45,005 bases of DNA, taken from a virus (taxonomy: Duplodnaviria > Heunggongvirae > Uroviricota > Caudoviricetes). The stretch lies in the IMG/VR virus record IMGVR_UViG_2778261502_000007, positions 1 through 45,005 of that record; one strand, written 5' to 3'. A model generated the notes under the pieces. It worked only from the letters and a program-made list of their open reading frames with translations. It did not search any database and was not told the origin of the DNA. Positions 1 through 9,491 of this stretch are shown here, in pieces. Position numbers and translations under genes: made by a program. Position 1 is the first letter of the stretch. Each line of letters starts with the position of its first letter.

Positions 1-2733
1 CCCGGTTTCTTCATCAAACCCGAAATAGCTGATTTCAGATTTGCGATCCGGGTGGTTGAGTAGCCTTGCTGCATCAGTATTGTTTTGCAGTGCAGCGTGA
101 ATATTTTTTGCCTGTTCATACATATCTGAACTGATAAACGTTTTCCCGGCGTTTTCTTCTTGCTGGCGTTTTTGCCAGTCCTCCAGGGTAACCAGTTCCG
201 GGCGAATTTTCCGGGCGATTTCGGTTAATTGCTCTTTCGTGCCACTGATGTTGTAAGGCAAAGATTTAGCACGTTCTTTTTTCGCCAGTTCTGGATCTAT
301 AGTTTCAATTTGCTCCAGAAGTTGCTCCCGTGTTCCACTGGTTTTCAACAGAGGAGGGAGGGTTGCATTGTATTCTCTAATGCAGGCTTTCATTGCCGAT
401 GCAGTATGTTTCTCCTCCTCCGGAATACGCTGGAATTCCACCGGAAGCGAACCGTAAAGGATGCCTGTTTCTTCGGCTCCAGCACTTACCGACAGTGGCT
501 GGATAAGAGTGCTGTTGTAGCTTTCGATCCACTCTTTCATCTGCTCTGGTGTCATCAGTGCTGGCAGACTGGCATTGTGTTTTTTGATAATGGCGATCAG
601 TTCGTGAGAAGTGGTAACCACATGTTCAGGAACCGGTACCGGAATAGCATATTCATCAGCGAACTTATCCGTTTCCAGAACATAGCTGTGAATGATCCGC
701 CCACGCAGCAATGCATCACTTTCCTCACTCGGAATAGTTCCGGCAATGTGCCGTCCGTGGTAATACATCAGGCTGATACGAGCATCCTTCAGCATTGTGC
801 TGCTTATTCCATTGGCAGAGTGATAAACCTCGTTCGGGAGGTTTTCATAGCGGCCTGGTTCGAAATATGATGGCCACATGATTTCAGTTGCTACAGGAGC
901 TGACGCTTCACCAGTTTCATCACTGCAATTGTGATGCGGATCGCTGCCAGCGTTCTCCTTGTGCAGATGTTCAGCGCCTTCCATTTCCTCCGGATCTTTT
1001 TCCTGAGATTCATCCAGATTTTCTTCATTAAAGGTTTCCTGATACGTTGCGTCGCCCATTACCACAGCACAGTCAGGGCAGCTATCCCCGCCAGTCTGAC
1101 CGCAGGCATTGCAGACTTTTTCCGGTTCATGTTGCACTACTGGCTCAGGTTGTTTCACATCCGGGCTAGTTTTTTCAGTTTCTGGCGTGTTTTGTTCCGT
1201 TTCTGGCTGGTTCTGGTACACAGAATCGCGAGTCTGGATCCCCTTAACCCATTTCGGATCGTTCGGGTCGCTAATCCCTTCAACGAACTCACCACGCGAG
1301 GCCGCCAGCAATTTGTCTGCATCGACAGGATTTTTGGGCGGAATGTTTTTCCTGGCTTCATGGAGTTCTGCCCGCTTTTTCTGGTATTCCGCATCAACAG
1401 GGTTTACCTGTGACTGAGCATCCAGCGGCTGCGTGTCCTGATGATGTTCAGTTGCGTCCGGTTCCATTGTTTCAGCCGTTGCCTGTTTATCTGCCATTGT
1501 TCCAGATGGTTGTAGTTTTTCTTCATCATCCTGTTTTCCTTCTTCTGTTACACGCTGTGGTATCGGGGCAGAGGAGCGACCGCAGGCAATATCCACGATT
1601 TCCGGATCAGGGTTGGCATGATCGGTTTCAGTCAGTACTTTGTTCAGATATTCAGTGACGTGCGCGGGGATGACCTCGATCCCAATTGGTGCTTCTTTCA
1701 CGGACGCAACCACGATGGCGCGTGAATAATCCAGCCCGCCAGGCATAGTGATGAATTTGTCGCGGAAAACAGAAAAGGGCGGTTTATTTTCAGCGATAAT
1801 TTCCTCAATGCGTTTAGCGTGTGCTGGATGAAGGTTATAGATGTCCACGTCCATTGAACGGGCCAGTACGCCAGTGGCTACATCGCGCGCCAGTGACGTC
1901 AGATCGTGGACGAAACCTTCGCCGCGATCGGTGAGGTTCCCGCCGCCAGCATTAGCACCGGAAGCCGTGCGAGTGATGCGTGAAACACGATTCCCTTTTC
2001 GCCATTCTTTTGTCAGAAGACCGCGATCAATGTGTTCGGTATCCAGCCAGGCTGAAATGAAATTCTTAAATTCATAGGGCTGATGTTTTTTCGTGATAGA
2101 GAAAACTGCCTTAATTGCATCAGTCAGGCGGAGCAGGGCGGCATTATCCAGAGTTGTCGGTTCTGCCATGCCGCGTATGGCCAACAGCAGATTCTGGACA
2201 TAGCTGTTTTCCTGATCCATCTCAAGAGCAGTAATGTGTTCGCGTTGTTCTCGGGTGGCATGATGCAGGTATTTCCGATCCCCGGCCGCATACGTAAAAA
2301 TGTGCAGAAGACGCTGTGTGAAGCGCAAAGTAGATACAGAGACTTCGCAATCCTGGCAATCCCCGTGAGCGTCTGCCTGTGTGTTTTCTTCCTGGCCTCC
2401 CGCCGGTTCTTCGATTTCCGGTGCATTATCCTGATGGTGAACGTCGTCTGGCGCTGCTCCCGGTTTTAGTTCCCAGGTCATGGAGTCTTTGCTGAGTTGA
2501 TAGCGTTCACTCCAGGTAAAATCGATCTCACCTTCAGGGGGAAGGTCATTAACGACAGGAAAATTCGTGGCAACAGGTTTAAAATAGCTGCTCAGTTTTT
2601 TACCTGACTTAACGAGCAGGTAATCCAGAGTGGCACAGGTCGATTCAAAATCGTCGCTTGCCCACAGGACGACGTCAGGTTCACCGGATGATTTTTTCGC
2701 TTTCCGTAACAGGAAGAGTGGTTTTGTGCTCAT
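1..2733 (-). CDS. recE: RecE-like exodeoxyribonuclease VIII (5' portion; gene runs past window start)
   Basis: Minus-strand frame starts at ATG 2731-2733 with GAGG about 10 nt upstream and reads [26 protein letters not shown]..., later ...[30 protein letters not shown]..., matching Rac RecE as recalled. No ORF-track fragments in this frame, consistent with an open frame to the window edge. Confidence 0.75.
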   Translation of the reverse strand, partial: MSTKPLFLLRKAKKSSGEPDVVLWASDDFESTCATLDYLLVKSGKKLSSYFKPVATNFPVVNDLPPEGEIDFTWSERYQLSKDSMTWELKPGAAPDDVHHQDNAPEIEEPAGGQEENTQADAHGDCQDCEVSVSTLRFTQRLLHIFTYAAGDRKYLHHATREQREHITALEMDQENSYVQNLLLAIRGMAEPTTLDNAALLRLTDAIKAVFSITKKHQPYEFKNFISAWLDTEHIDRGLLTKEWRKGNRVSRITRTASGANAGGGNLTDRGEGFVHDLTSLARDVATGVLARSMDVDIYNLHPAHAKRIEEIIAENKPPFSVFRDKFITMPGGLDYSRAIVVASVKEAPIGIEVIPAHVTEYLNKVLTETDHANPDPEIVDIACGRSSAPIPQRVTEEGKQDDEEKLQPSGTMADKQATAETMEPDATEHHQDTQPLDAQSQVNPVDAEYQKKRAELHEARKNIPPKNPVDADKLLAASRGEFVEGISDPNDPKWVKGIQTRDSVYQNQPETEQNTPETEKTSPDVKQPEPVVQHEPEKVCNACGQTGGDSCPDCAVVMGDATYQETFNEENLDESQEKDPEEMEGAEHLHKENAGSDPHHNCSDETGEASAPVATEIMWPSYFEPGRYENLPNEVYHSANGISSTMLKDARISLMYYHGRHIAGTIPSEESDALLRGRIIHSYVLETDKFADEYAIPVPVPEHVVTTSHELIAIIKKHNASLPALMTPEQMKEWIESYNSTLIQPLSVSAGAEETGILYGSLPVEFQRIPEEEKHTASAMKACIREYNATLPPLLKTSGTREQLLEQIETIDPELAKKERAKSLPYNISGTKEQLTEIARKIRPELVTLEDWQKRQQEENAGKTFISSDMYEQAKNIHAALQNNTDAARLLNHPDRKSEISYFGFDEETG

Positions 2734-2834
2734 TGTTTTTTAACCTCAACTCAGATTAAAATTCGTTTTGTTCAGTGAATGATCTTGCCGGATACACACT
2801 GTTCATAGCCTGCGCCATACGCAGGCTATTTCTT

Positions 2835-3110
2835 TCAGATTTCACCGTTTAATTTCATTGCAATCAGAGTTGCCAGAAATCCGGCTTTTTTTTCTGCGGG
2901 CAGATTCTTTCCGATGTGAACCAGGCACATTTTTGTGACACCTTCATCAAGTGTTTTTACGTTGCCTGATGGACCGTCGATATCAACCACAGTGAATGGG
3001 GTTTCTTTATTTTCTGTTTTAATCACGTAGCCAATGCGCTTTCCTTCCAGATTAACCTCGTGAACAATGTCATCGGTAGTTACAACAGTGGCTTCATAAC
3101 TGGTAATCAT
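2835..3110 (-). CDS. racC: RacC-like small protein (91 aa)
   Basis: Internal ATG of track ORF 2835..3158; product MITSYEATVVTTDDIVHEVNLEGKRIG...; sits between recE and ydaE as in Rac. Confidence 0.6.
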   Translation of the reverse strand: MITSYEATVVTTDDIVHEVNLEGKRIGYVIKTENKETPFTVVDIDGPSGNVKTLDEGVTKMCLVHIGKNLPAEKKAGFLATLIAMKLNGEI

Positions 3111-3184
3111 GTTTTTCTCCTTAATTAAGGTTGAGCGAATCCCTGCCATTGCTGGCATAAATTCAGTTTCGAATAGTCAGTTAA

Positions 3185-3355
3185 TTAAAGTTCGTGTGCC
3201 ATCTGGTCTTTTTCGACACATATTTCACTACAATATTTTTTCATTTCCGTCGTTGGGATAACTCCACGCATGAAATGAAGTGGTCTTTTAATGCTTTTGC
3301 TTTCTTCAACTTCTTTATCGCAAAGGTGGTAAGCACATTTTATTTTCTTAGTCAT
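3185..3355 (-). CDS. ydaE: YdaE-like Cys-rich small protein (56 aa)
   Basis: Hand translation [56 protein letters not shown]; below track size cutoff; start overlaps kilR stop (ATGA). Confidence 0.55.
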   Translation of the reverse strand: MTKKIKCAYHLCDKEVEESKSIKRPLHFMRGVIPTTEMKKYCSEICVEKDQMAHEL

Positions 3356-3576
3356 CACCATGACTCCGCCTTTACAGGTAAACCATCACGACCGAGGAAG
3401 ACTTTGATCATGCAGTCAGTAATGCATGTTTTTGTGGTCAGGCTACGGATATAAAGTTTCCTCTTTTTAATATTATTTGCCGAGGCAATATATGTCCGGC
3501 CTTCATGAAGAACATAATCGCCAGGAGTCACACACTGACGTGGTATTTCATCAGTTCCGAAGTGATGTGCAATCAT
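3355..3576 (-). CDS. kilR: KilR-like division inhibitor (73 aa)
   Basis: Track ORF 3355..3588; second ATG ([15 protein letters not shown]...) has GGAG 7 nt upstream; ends ...PVKAESW. Confidence 0.6.
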   Translation of the reverse strand: MIAHHFGTDEIPRQCVTPGDYVLHEGRTYIASANNIKKRKLYIRSLTTKTCITDCMIKVFLGRDGLPVKAESW

Positions 3577-3921
3577 AATTATCTCCATTTTTACAAATGA
3601 ACTTTGTTGATGCGGCGCCTGGTGCCTCCAGGTGACTGCAACCAGTTAACAATTACAGTCGGCTTTCCCACCCAAACCAATAAGGACTAACATGACTTTT
3701 AACTGTGCCGCGTGCGCTTAGCCGCATTCACCGCATCACAAAATTCACTTTAAAAAGGGCGGACATCAGTCGAACTTCAAGAAAAAACTGATGCCGCCAA
3801 GACTACACACAGCAGTGTTGTTATTCACAACCGGAGGCGCACTCCCACCATTTAAATTTAACAGACAAGACCGACTCTTTATGGATATCGGAAATGCGCC
3901 TTCGTGTTGTATGCCTGTCTT

Positions 3922-3949
3922 TTTACCACTTCAGGCTCGGTGGTATACT
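3922..3949 (+). promoter_or_regulatory. Sigma70-like promoter with extended -10 (TTTACC, 16 nt spacer, TGgTATACT)
   Basis: Motifs read directly, about 33 nt upstream of ATG 3982. Confidence 0.4.
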
Positions 3950-3981
3950 GGAGTTTCCACACAACCAGTAGGGAATTACTT

Positions 3982-4215
3982 ATGCCTATTCAATCTCAAC
4001 ACAAAAATATTGATTATCTTTCCGCCAGATTAGAGGCTACCGCGCTTGTTCTTGAAGAACTTGTTAAACTTCTTACGCCAGAGCAGCGTGAAAAACTGAA
4101 TCTGGCAATTGCCGGGCGTTGCCCAGGCGTGAAAAATGCGTCTCTCAGGAATAGAAATTCTCCCGCATATCAATTATTACAGTTCATCAATGATCGCGTC
4201 GGCTGCAGCGATTAA
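3982..4215 (+). CDS. Hypothetical 77 aa protein at sieB-equivalent position
   Basis: Internal ATG of track ORF 3904..4215 (MPIQSQHKNIDYLSARLEATALVLEEL...); own promoter; convergent with leftward operon. Confidence 0.5.
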   Translation: MPIQSQHKNIDYLSARLEATALVLEELVKLLTPEQREKLNLAIAGRCPGVKNASLRNRNSPAYQLLQFINDRVGCSD

Positions 4216-4482
4216 TTTTTCTAATGCCTCTTCGACATGATAATTATATGGTTGTAGTGACCTGAAATCTGCAATTGCATCAGCCAGGTTTCGTGCCATT
4301 ACGGCTGGCGCGATTTTTTTTGCTGCTGATACCCGGCTGGCGAGTTCCAGTGCGAGACGTGCCTGCCCTGGAGTTAACTCTCTTTCCTTTGCCATTGTTG
4401 ATGCCTGTACAGACAATTCATACGCCAGACAAAATACAGCATTATTCGTTTCTAGCGGATCAATACCCTGAGTAAATGTCAT
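4177..4482 (-). CDS. Hypothetical acidic 101 aa protein, first gene downstream of OL-like operators
   Basis: Track ORF 4177..4527; ATG at 4482 (MTFTQGIDPLETNNAVF...) preceded by GGGGAGAG; no Arg-rich motif. Confidence 0.5.
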   Translation of the reverse strand: MTFTQGIDPLETNNAVFCLAYELSVQASTMAKERELTPGQARLALELASRVSAAKKIAPAVMARNLADAIADFRSLQPYNYHVEEALEKLIAAADAIIDEL

Positions 4483-4649
4483 CTCATCTCTCCCCTTAAC
4501 GCCGGGTGGCGGAACTAACTGCTGCACTGCAAAATTTGAATCCCGCCGTCATGTTCATACGCCTCGGGCTGGCTACTTAACCCCTTACCACTGCCTGGTA
4601 ACTCGAAGTATTGCCCTGCGTTCTGTGGGGCGGGGTGGGTTGATAGGTA

Positions 4650-4695
4650 TATAATGTACTTTATGTTCATTGTTGTAAAGTACTTTAAGTACATT
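4650..4695. promoter_or_regulatory. OL-like operator cluster (three GTAC-core sites)
   Basis: ATGTACT at 4654-4660, AGTACT at 4679-4684, AGTACA at 4688-4693; GTAC cores spaced 24 and 9 bp; same motif as 5190-5268. Confidence 0.4.
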
Positions 4696-4769
4696 TTGTA
4701 TGTAAAAAAATGAGATGGGATAAAGTGAAGCACAAACCCGGAGGGGGACGCTACCGGATTTATGCTGGT

Positions 4770-5189
4770 TTAAGAGGCTTTTTGTTTTTTCTTTCGTGCT
4801 AACTCTTCGTAAATTGCATTGTACTTCTGTTTTTTCTCCTCAAGAGTTTTTAAAAGTTCATCTGTCTCACTGTCAGGGAGCTCGTCCAGAAGGTCAATGA
4901 TGATTTTTTGTCTTGGATTTAACTCCTGATAGAAACGTACCTGTCCACTTTCTTCTGTATCCTCTCCCAAAAGATAGGTTGGTGTTGTTCCAATTAGTGT
5001 TGCTAATTCCCTTAATTTCTCTCGGCGAGGAATTGTTTCGCCATTAAACCATTTGCTAACCGCTTTTGGTGTTAATTTCATTCGACGGGCAATTTCTGCC
5101 TGCCTTCCATGTTGTTCATAACCAGCGTTTTCACAGGCTAGCGCAAGCCTACTGGCGAACTCTTTACGCGCTTTATCTTCATGAACCAT
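4770..5189 (-). CDS. XRE-family HTH repressor (CI/DicA/RacR-like), 139 aa
   Basis: HTH segment QAEIARRMKLTPKAVSKWFNGETIP; C-terminal charged helical tail; divergent from Cro-like gene. Confidence 0.75.
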   Translation of the reverse strand: MVHEDKARKEFASRLALACENAGYEQHGRQAEIARRMKLTPKAVSKWFNGETIPRREKLRELATLIGTTPTYLLGEDTEESGQVRFYQELNPRQKIIIDLLDELPDSETDELLKTLEEKKQKYNAIYEELARKKKQKAS

Positions 5190-5268
5190 AAGTTCAATGA
5201 TATTCGCTCTTGAATGTACTGTCAGTTCTGTTATAACATGTACTCAAAGTTCACATTGTGAGGGTGAT
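5190..5268. promoter_or_regulatory. OR-like divergent promoter/operator region
   Basis: 79 bp between divergent repressor and cro-like starts; two ATGTACT sites (5214-5220, 5238-5244) spaced 24 bp. Confidence 0.5.
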
Positions 5269-5523
5269 ATGAACCAGAAAACACTTGAAGATGTAATCAA
5301 AACTGTTCGCGTTTCTGTTGTGGCCGACGTTTGTGGTGTCAGCCAAAGAGCAATCTACAAATGGATGGATAACGGAAAATTGCCTCGCACAGAATATACC
5401 GGCGAAACAAATTACGCTGAAAAAATCGCTCATGCATCAAACGGATTATTTTCTGCCGATGCAATTTTAACTATTGGCAGAAATAAAACTACTACGAAAA
5501 AGCGGATGGGAGTTGATTCATGA
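5269..5523 (+). CDS. Cro/YdaS-like HTH protein (84 aa)
   Basis: Internal ATG of track ORF 5197..5523; HTH VADVCGVSQRAIYKWMDNGKLP. Confidence 0.65.
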   Translation: MNQKTLEDVIKTVRVSVVADVCGVSQRAIYKWMDNGKLPRTEYTGETNYAEKIAHASNGLFSADAILTIGRNKTTTKKRMGVDS

Positions 5524-5942
5524 AAATCAAGCATGAGCACATCGAATCAGTGTTGTTAGCCCTGGCAGCCGAAAAAGGGCAGGCATGGGTAGCCAATGCA
5601 ATTACTGAAGAATATCTGCGCCAGGGGGGCGGCGAATTGCCCCTGGTTCCAGGCAAGGACTGGAACAATCAGCAGAATATCTATCACCGTTGGTTGAAAG
5701 GTGAAACGAAAACGCAAAGAGAAAAAATTCAGAAGCTGATCCCAGCAATTCTGGCAATCCTTCCGCGCGAGCTGCGTCACCGACTCTGCATCTTCGATAC
5801 CCTGGAACGCCGTGCATTACTGGCGGCGCAGGAAGCGTTGAGTACGGCGATTGATGCGCATGATGATGCAGTCCAGGCCGTTTACCGGAAAGCGCATTTC
5901 AGCGGCGGCGAGTCGTCCGGCGATTCTGTCGTAGTGCATTGA
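5520..5942 (+). CDS. ydaT: YdaT-like protein (140 aa; CII-position regulator)
   Basis: ATGA overlap with upstream gene; length and position match Rac ydaT as recalled. Confidence 0.55.
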   Translation: MKIKHEHIESVLLALAAEKGQAWVANAITEEYLRQGGGELPLVPGKDWNNQQNIYHRWLKGETKTQREKIQKLIPAILAILPRELRHRLCIFDTLERRALLAAQEALSTAIDAHDDAVQAVYRKAHFSGGESSGDSVVVH

Positions 5943-5986
5943 TTGAAATTAATCGTGCCGGACTGTTTTGTTCGGTATCAGTTAAA

Positions 5987-6430
5987 TGTAACGCTCACAG
6001 CGTTACAGGGTGAAAACAATATGGCTTCAAACTGGATAAAGCTCGAGGTTATTACGCCGGATAAGCCGGAAATATTCAGGCTTGCTGAGATTCTGAATAT
6101 TGATCCAGATGCCGCATTAGGGAAAGTCATTCGCTTCTGGGCATGGGCGGATCAACAAATGATAGACGGTAACGCAGAGTGTAACGCACGCGGCGTTACA
6201 AAAAGCGCAATTGATCGCATCACTTTTATGGCTGGTTTTGCTGATGCGTTAATTCAGGTTGGATGGCTGGTCGAAACTAATGGTGTGTTGTCGCTTCCTA
6301 ACTTTGAGCGCCATAACGGGAAAAGCTCTAAAAAACGGGCGGTTACAAACGAGAGAGTTACAAAAATACGCGAACTGAAACGAAAAGGTAACGCTGCCAG
6401 CGTTACACAAACGGATCAAAAAGCGTTACC
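5987..6430. repeat. Iteron-like GTAACGC / GCGTTAC repeat cluster (candidate origin)
   Basis: Perfect palindrome TGTAACGCTCACAGCGTTACA at 5987-6007; related inverted pairs near 6181-6199 and 6388-6407; half-sites near 6169, 6342, 6357, 6423. Confidence 0.45.
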
Positions 6431-6809
6431 AGAGGAAGAGGAAGAGGAAGATATAAATACTGATCTCCCTCTAAATCTCCCTCACCAAAAACGAGCGACT
6501 AAAAAATTCGACCCGTTGTCAGTTGCTCTGCCTGAGTGGTTGCCGGAAACACTCTGGCATGAGTGGGTTCAATTCAGGCAGGCATTGCGAAAACCGATTC
6601 GAACGGAGCAGGGCGCTAACGGGGCGATACGGGAGCTGGAAAAATTCCGCCAGCAGGGTTTTACCCCTGAGCAGGTGATTAGACACAGCATTGCCCATGA
6701 ATACCAGGGCTTGTTCGCGCCGAAAGGCGTTCGGCCTGAGACGTTGCTTCGACAGGTTAACACCGTCTCGTTTCCGGACAGTGCGATCCCACCAGGCTTC
6801 AGGGGGTAA
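6021..6809 (+). CDS. ydaU: Replication initiator-like protein (YdaU/O-like)
   Basis: Track ORF 5943..6809 begins with TTG; ATG 6021 (MASNWIKLEV...) has GGGTGA upstream; immediately upstream of DnaC-like gene; start uncertain. Confidence 0.5.
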   Translation: MASNWIKLEVITPDKPEIFRLAEILNIDPDAALGKVIRFWAWADQQMIDGNAECNARGVTKSAIDRITFMAGFADALIQVGWLVETNGVLSLPNFERHNGKSSKKRAVTNERVTKIRELKRKGNAASVTQTDQKALPEEEEEEDINTDLPLNLPHQKRATKKFDPLSVALPEWLPETLWHEWVQFRQALRKPIRTEQGANGAIRELEKFRQQGFTPEQVIRHSIAHEYQGLFAPKGVRPETLLRQVNTVSFPDSAIPPGFRG

Positions 6810-6815
6810 CGAAGC

Positions 6816-7562
6816 ATGAAAAATATTGCGACAGGCGGCGTTCTGGAACGTATCCGCAGACTGGCCCCGCCACATGTAACCGCGCCATTCAGGACGGTGG
6901 CGGAGTGGCGCGAGTGGCAACTTGCAGAAGGCCAGAAACGTTGTGAGGAGATCAACCGTCAGAATCGTCAGTTGCGGGTGGAAAAAATCCTGAATCGCTC
7001 CGGCATCCAGCCGTTGCACCGCAAATGCTCGTTTGCGAATTACCAGGTGCAGAACGACGGCCAGCGATACGCGTTGAGTCAGGCGAAATCTATCGCTGAC
7101 GAACTGGTTACCGGATGCATAAATTTCGCGTTCAGCGGAATGCCTGGTACCGGAAAAAACCATCTGGCGGCGGCTATCGGGAATCGCCTGCTGAAAGATG
7201 GCCAGACAGTGATTGTGGTTACCGTGGCGGATGTCATGAGTGCTCTACACGCCAGCTATGACGATGGGCAATCAGGCGAAAAATTTTTGCGGGAACTGTG
7301 CGAAGTGGATCTGCTGGTTCTTGATGAAATTGGCATTCAGCGCGAGACAAAAAACGAGCAGGTGGTGCTGCACCAGATTGTTGATCGCCGGACAGCGTCG
7401 ATGCGCAGCGTGGGGATGCTGACAAACCTGAACTATGAGGCCATGAAAACATTGCTTGGCGAGCGGATTATGGATCGCATGACCATGAACGGCGGGCGCT
7501 GGGTGAATTTTAAATGGGAGAGCTGGCGCCCGAATGTTGGTCAGCCAGGAGTTGAAAAGTAA
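6816..7562 (+). CDS. ydaV: DnaC-like helicase loader (248 aa)
   Basis: Walker [14 protein letters not shown], Walker [10 protein letters not shown]; strong SD upstream. Confidence 0.8.
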   Translation: MKNIATGGVLERIRRLAPPHVTAPFRTVAEWREWQLAEGQKRCEEINRQNRQLRVEKILNRSGIQPLHRKCSFANYQVQNDGQRYALSQAKSIADELVTGCINFAFSGMPGTGKNHLAAAIGNRLLKDGQTVIVVTVADVMSALHASYDDGQSGEKFLRELCEVDLLVLDEIGIQRETKNEQVVLHQIVDRRTASMRSVGMLTNLNYEAMKTLLGERIMDRMTMNGGRWVNFKWESWRPNVGQPGVEK

Positions 7563-7584
7563 TTTTTACCGGGAGGAAATTTTA

Positions 7585-8346
7585 ATGGAGACCGTTTTTG
7601 ACGCACTGAAAGCAATGGGAAAAGCCACGTCGGTAGAACTGGCAGCGCGACTTGATATCAGTCGTGAAGAAGTGCTGAACGAGCTGTGGGAACTGAAAAA
7701 GGCTGGCTTCGTTGATAAAAGCGTATACACCTGGCGTGTGGCTGATAACAACGTTCAGCAGGAACAGCCAGCACAGGCAGTACTGCCGGAAGAAACCACT
7801 ACGGCAACAGTGACGAAAATTTCGGAGAGCGATTTAACTTCGACGATTGAACAGCGTGGTCCACAAACGGCGGATGAACTGGCTACGCTGTTCGGTACAA
7901 CATCCCGCAAAGTGGCTTCAACGCTGGCAATGGCAATCAGCAAAGGTCGTCTGATTCGCGTTAATCAGAACGGTAAATTTCGTTACTGCATGCCGGGCGG
8001 TAATTTACCAGCAGAGCCGAAAGTTAAATCGATAGCGGAAACCGATGGTAAAGCCTTTCCTCAACCAGCAGGTGTTGCGTTACCGGTACAGGAAGCTGCA
8101 ACACAGGAAGATATTAAAACAGAAACTGTAGCGGACATTGTGCAGTCGTTGCCATCGTTCACCGAAACACAAGCGGATGACCTGGTTTTGCCATCGCTGC
8201 ATATGGCAAATCGCGAACTGCGTCGGGCGAAAAATCATGTCCAGAAGTGGGAGCGTGTCTGCGCCGCGCTGCGGGAACTGAACAAGCACCGGGATATTGT
8301 TCGACAGATTGTCTATTCCTCCAGTCGTATTGTGTCGGACAAGTGA
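7585..8346 (+). CDS. Hypothetical protein with two tandem winged-helix-like segments
   Basis: ATG 7585 after GGGAGG; segments [30 protein letters not shown] and [32 protein letters not shown]. Confidence 0.5.
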   Translation: METVFDALKAMGKATSVELAARLDISREEVLNELWELKKAGFVDKSVYTWRVADNNVQQEQPAQAVLPEETTTATVTKISESDLTSTIEQRGPQTADELATLFGTTSRKVASTLAMAISKGRLIRVNQNGKFRYCMPGGNLPAEPKVKSIAETDGKAFPQPAGVALPVQEAATQEDIKTETVADIVQSLPSFTETQADDLVLPSLHMANRELRRAKNHVQKWERVCAALRELNKHRDIVRQIVYSSSRIVSDK

Positions 8347-8361
8347 TTGCCGGAGGCGCTT

Positions 8362-8784
8362 ATGGCAAAAGTATTTACACAAGAAGAGCGGGAAAAAATT
8401 AAGGGGCAGGTTGTTGAACTCGTGCGCCAGAGTGGGCGCGAGACGTTACGACAACTGGAAGCCAAGACAGGTGCGACAAGATATTTAATGAGCGTTCTCG
8501 CCAGAGAGCTGGTTGCCAGTGGCGATGTATACAATTCTGGCTACGGGTTATTTCCCTCTGAACAGGCTCGTAAGGACTGGCAAAACGCCCGCAAAAAACT
8601 CTCGAGGGCAAAGGCGAAGAAACCGGCTGTGGTTGATCCGGGCTTTATCTGGTCGTTACCAGATGGAGAAATACGTCGTTATGACAGGCGTCTAAACATA
8701 ATCTGTCGCGAGTGCCGGAAGAGCGAAACTATGCGGCGTGTACTGGCGTTCTACCAGGGGAATTTTCAGGAGGTGTTATCGTGA
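8362..8784 (+). CDS. Hypothetical 140 aa protein
   Basis: ATG 8362 with GGAGG 6 nt upstream; track ORF starts at TTG 8347. Confidence 0.45.
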   Translation: MAKVFTQEEREKIKGQVVELVRQSGRETLRQLEAKTGATRYLMSVLARELVASGDVYNSGYGLFPSEQARKDWQNARKKLSRAKAKKPAVVDPGFIWSLPDGEIRRYDRRLNIICRECRKSETMRRVLAFYQGNFQEVLS

Positions 8785-9332
8785 GTGAAATTAACCATCA
8801 GGTACTACGTGAGATAGCAAAACAGGCAACACAGGGCGAATGGGTCGCATTTATTTCGACGGGTACTGGTACGTATGCGGTGCATACGCCCGGTGATAAA
8901 CGATGTGAAGACGTTATCAAATGGCCCGGTTTTGACGGACAGAAAAACGCAGAGAACAACGCTCGTTATATCGCAGCTTTCAACCCTGCAGTAGTGCAGG
9001 CGCTGCTGGATGAGCGGGAAGCCCAAAACAAGCATATAGGAGAGTTGGAGGCTAATCTTGTGGCGCTGGCGGCGGAGAATGCAGAGGTGAAGGCGATATG
9101 TGATGACCGTCGCAGGTTTATCATGAATGTGGTGCAACTTGGGCATATCAAAGCGCCAGCAATGAAAACAAAATCGGGGCTTGAAACAATTCGTATTGCT
9201 ATATCACCACAAAAGCCCACTCCGGCCACCGATGTTTTTCTGGCTGAAGTGCGGGCGTTGCGTTTAACGACCTTTGCGCGGCGTTTGTCAGGCACGCAAA
9301 AGTTGCAGGGCTGGATGATGTCGATACCGTAA
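8781..9332 (+). CDS. Ead/Ea22-like protein
   Basis: GTG start after AGGAGG; N-terminus SEINHQVLREIAKQATQGEWVAF plus coiled-coil segment resemble Ead/Ea22 family as recalled. Confidence 0.45.
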   Translation: MSEINHQVLREIAKQATQGEWVAFISTGTGTYAVHTPGDKRCEDVIKWPGFDGQKNAENNARYIAAFNPAVVQALLDEREAQNKHIGELEANLVALAAENAEVKAICDDRRRFIMNVVQLGHIKAPAMKTKSGLETIRIAISPQKPTPATDVFLAEVRALRLTTFARRLSGTQKLQGWMMSIP

Positions 9333-9491
9333 CGCTTAATGAAGCAACGGATGCGCTGCTGCATTGTGTGGAACAGCTTCGCGCTCCAGAATAATTAAAT
9401 TTAGTACTGTAAATAAAATTTAATCCTTAACCGGAGGGATTCCTGCAACCTCAATACATCAGGAGTCCGTCCGAAAGGGCGGTAATGAAAA

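Noticed and set aside
229-2469. Plus-strand track ORFs (229..870, 931..1413, 1109..1417, 1410..1658, 1841..2077, 2083..2469) and short minus ORFs in other frames
   Set aside because: All are antisense or out of frame relative to the long RecE-like minus-strand frame; products are low-complexity without SD-linked starts.
4515-4733. 72 aa minus-strand ORF across the OL-like region
   Set aside because: Covers the AT-rich operator/promoter region; low-complexity product; more likely regulatory DNA.
5520-5942. Reading the Cro-like/YdaT-like pair as a toxin-antitoxin module
   Set aside because: Position and HTH content fit a Cro/CII-like regulatory pair of the immunity region; no independent sequence evidence for toxin activity.
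6519-7163. 214 aa and 128 aa minus-strand ORFs
   Set aside because: Antisense to the initiator-like and DnaC-like genes, which have clear motifs and SD sites.
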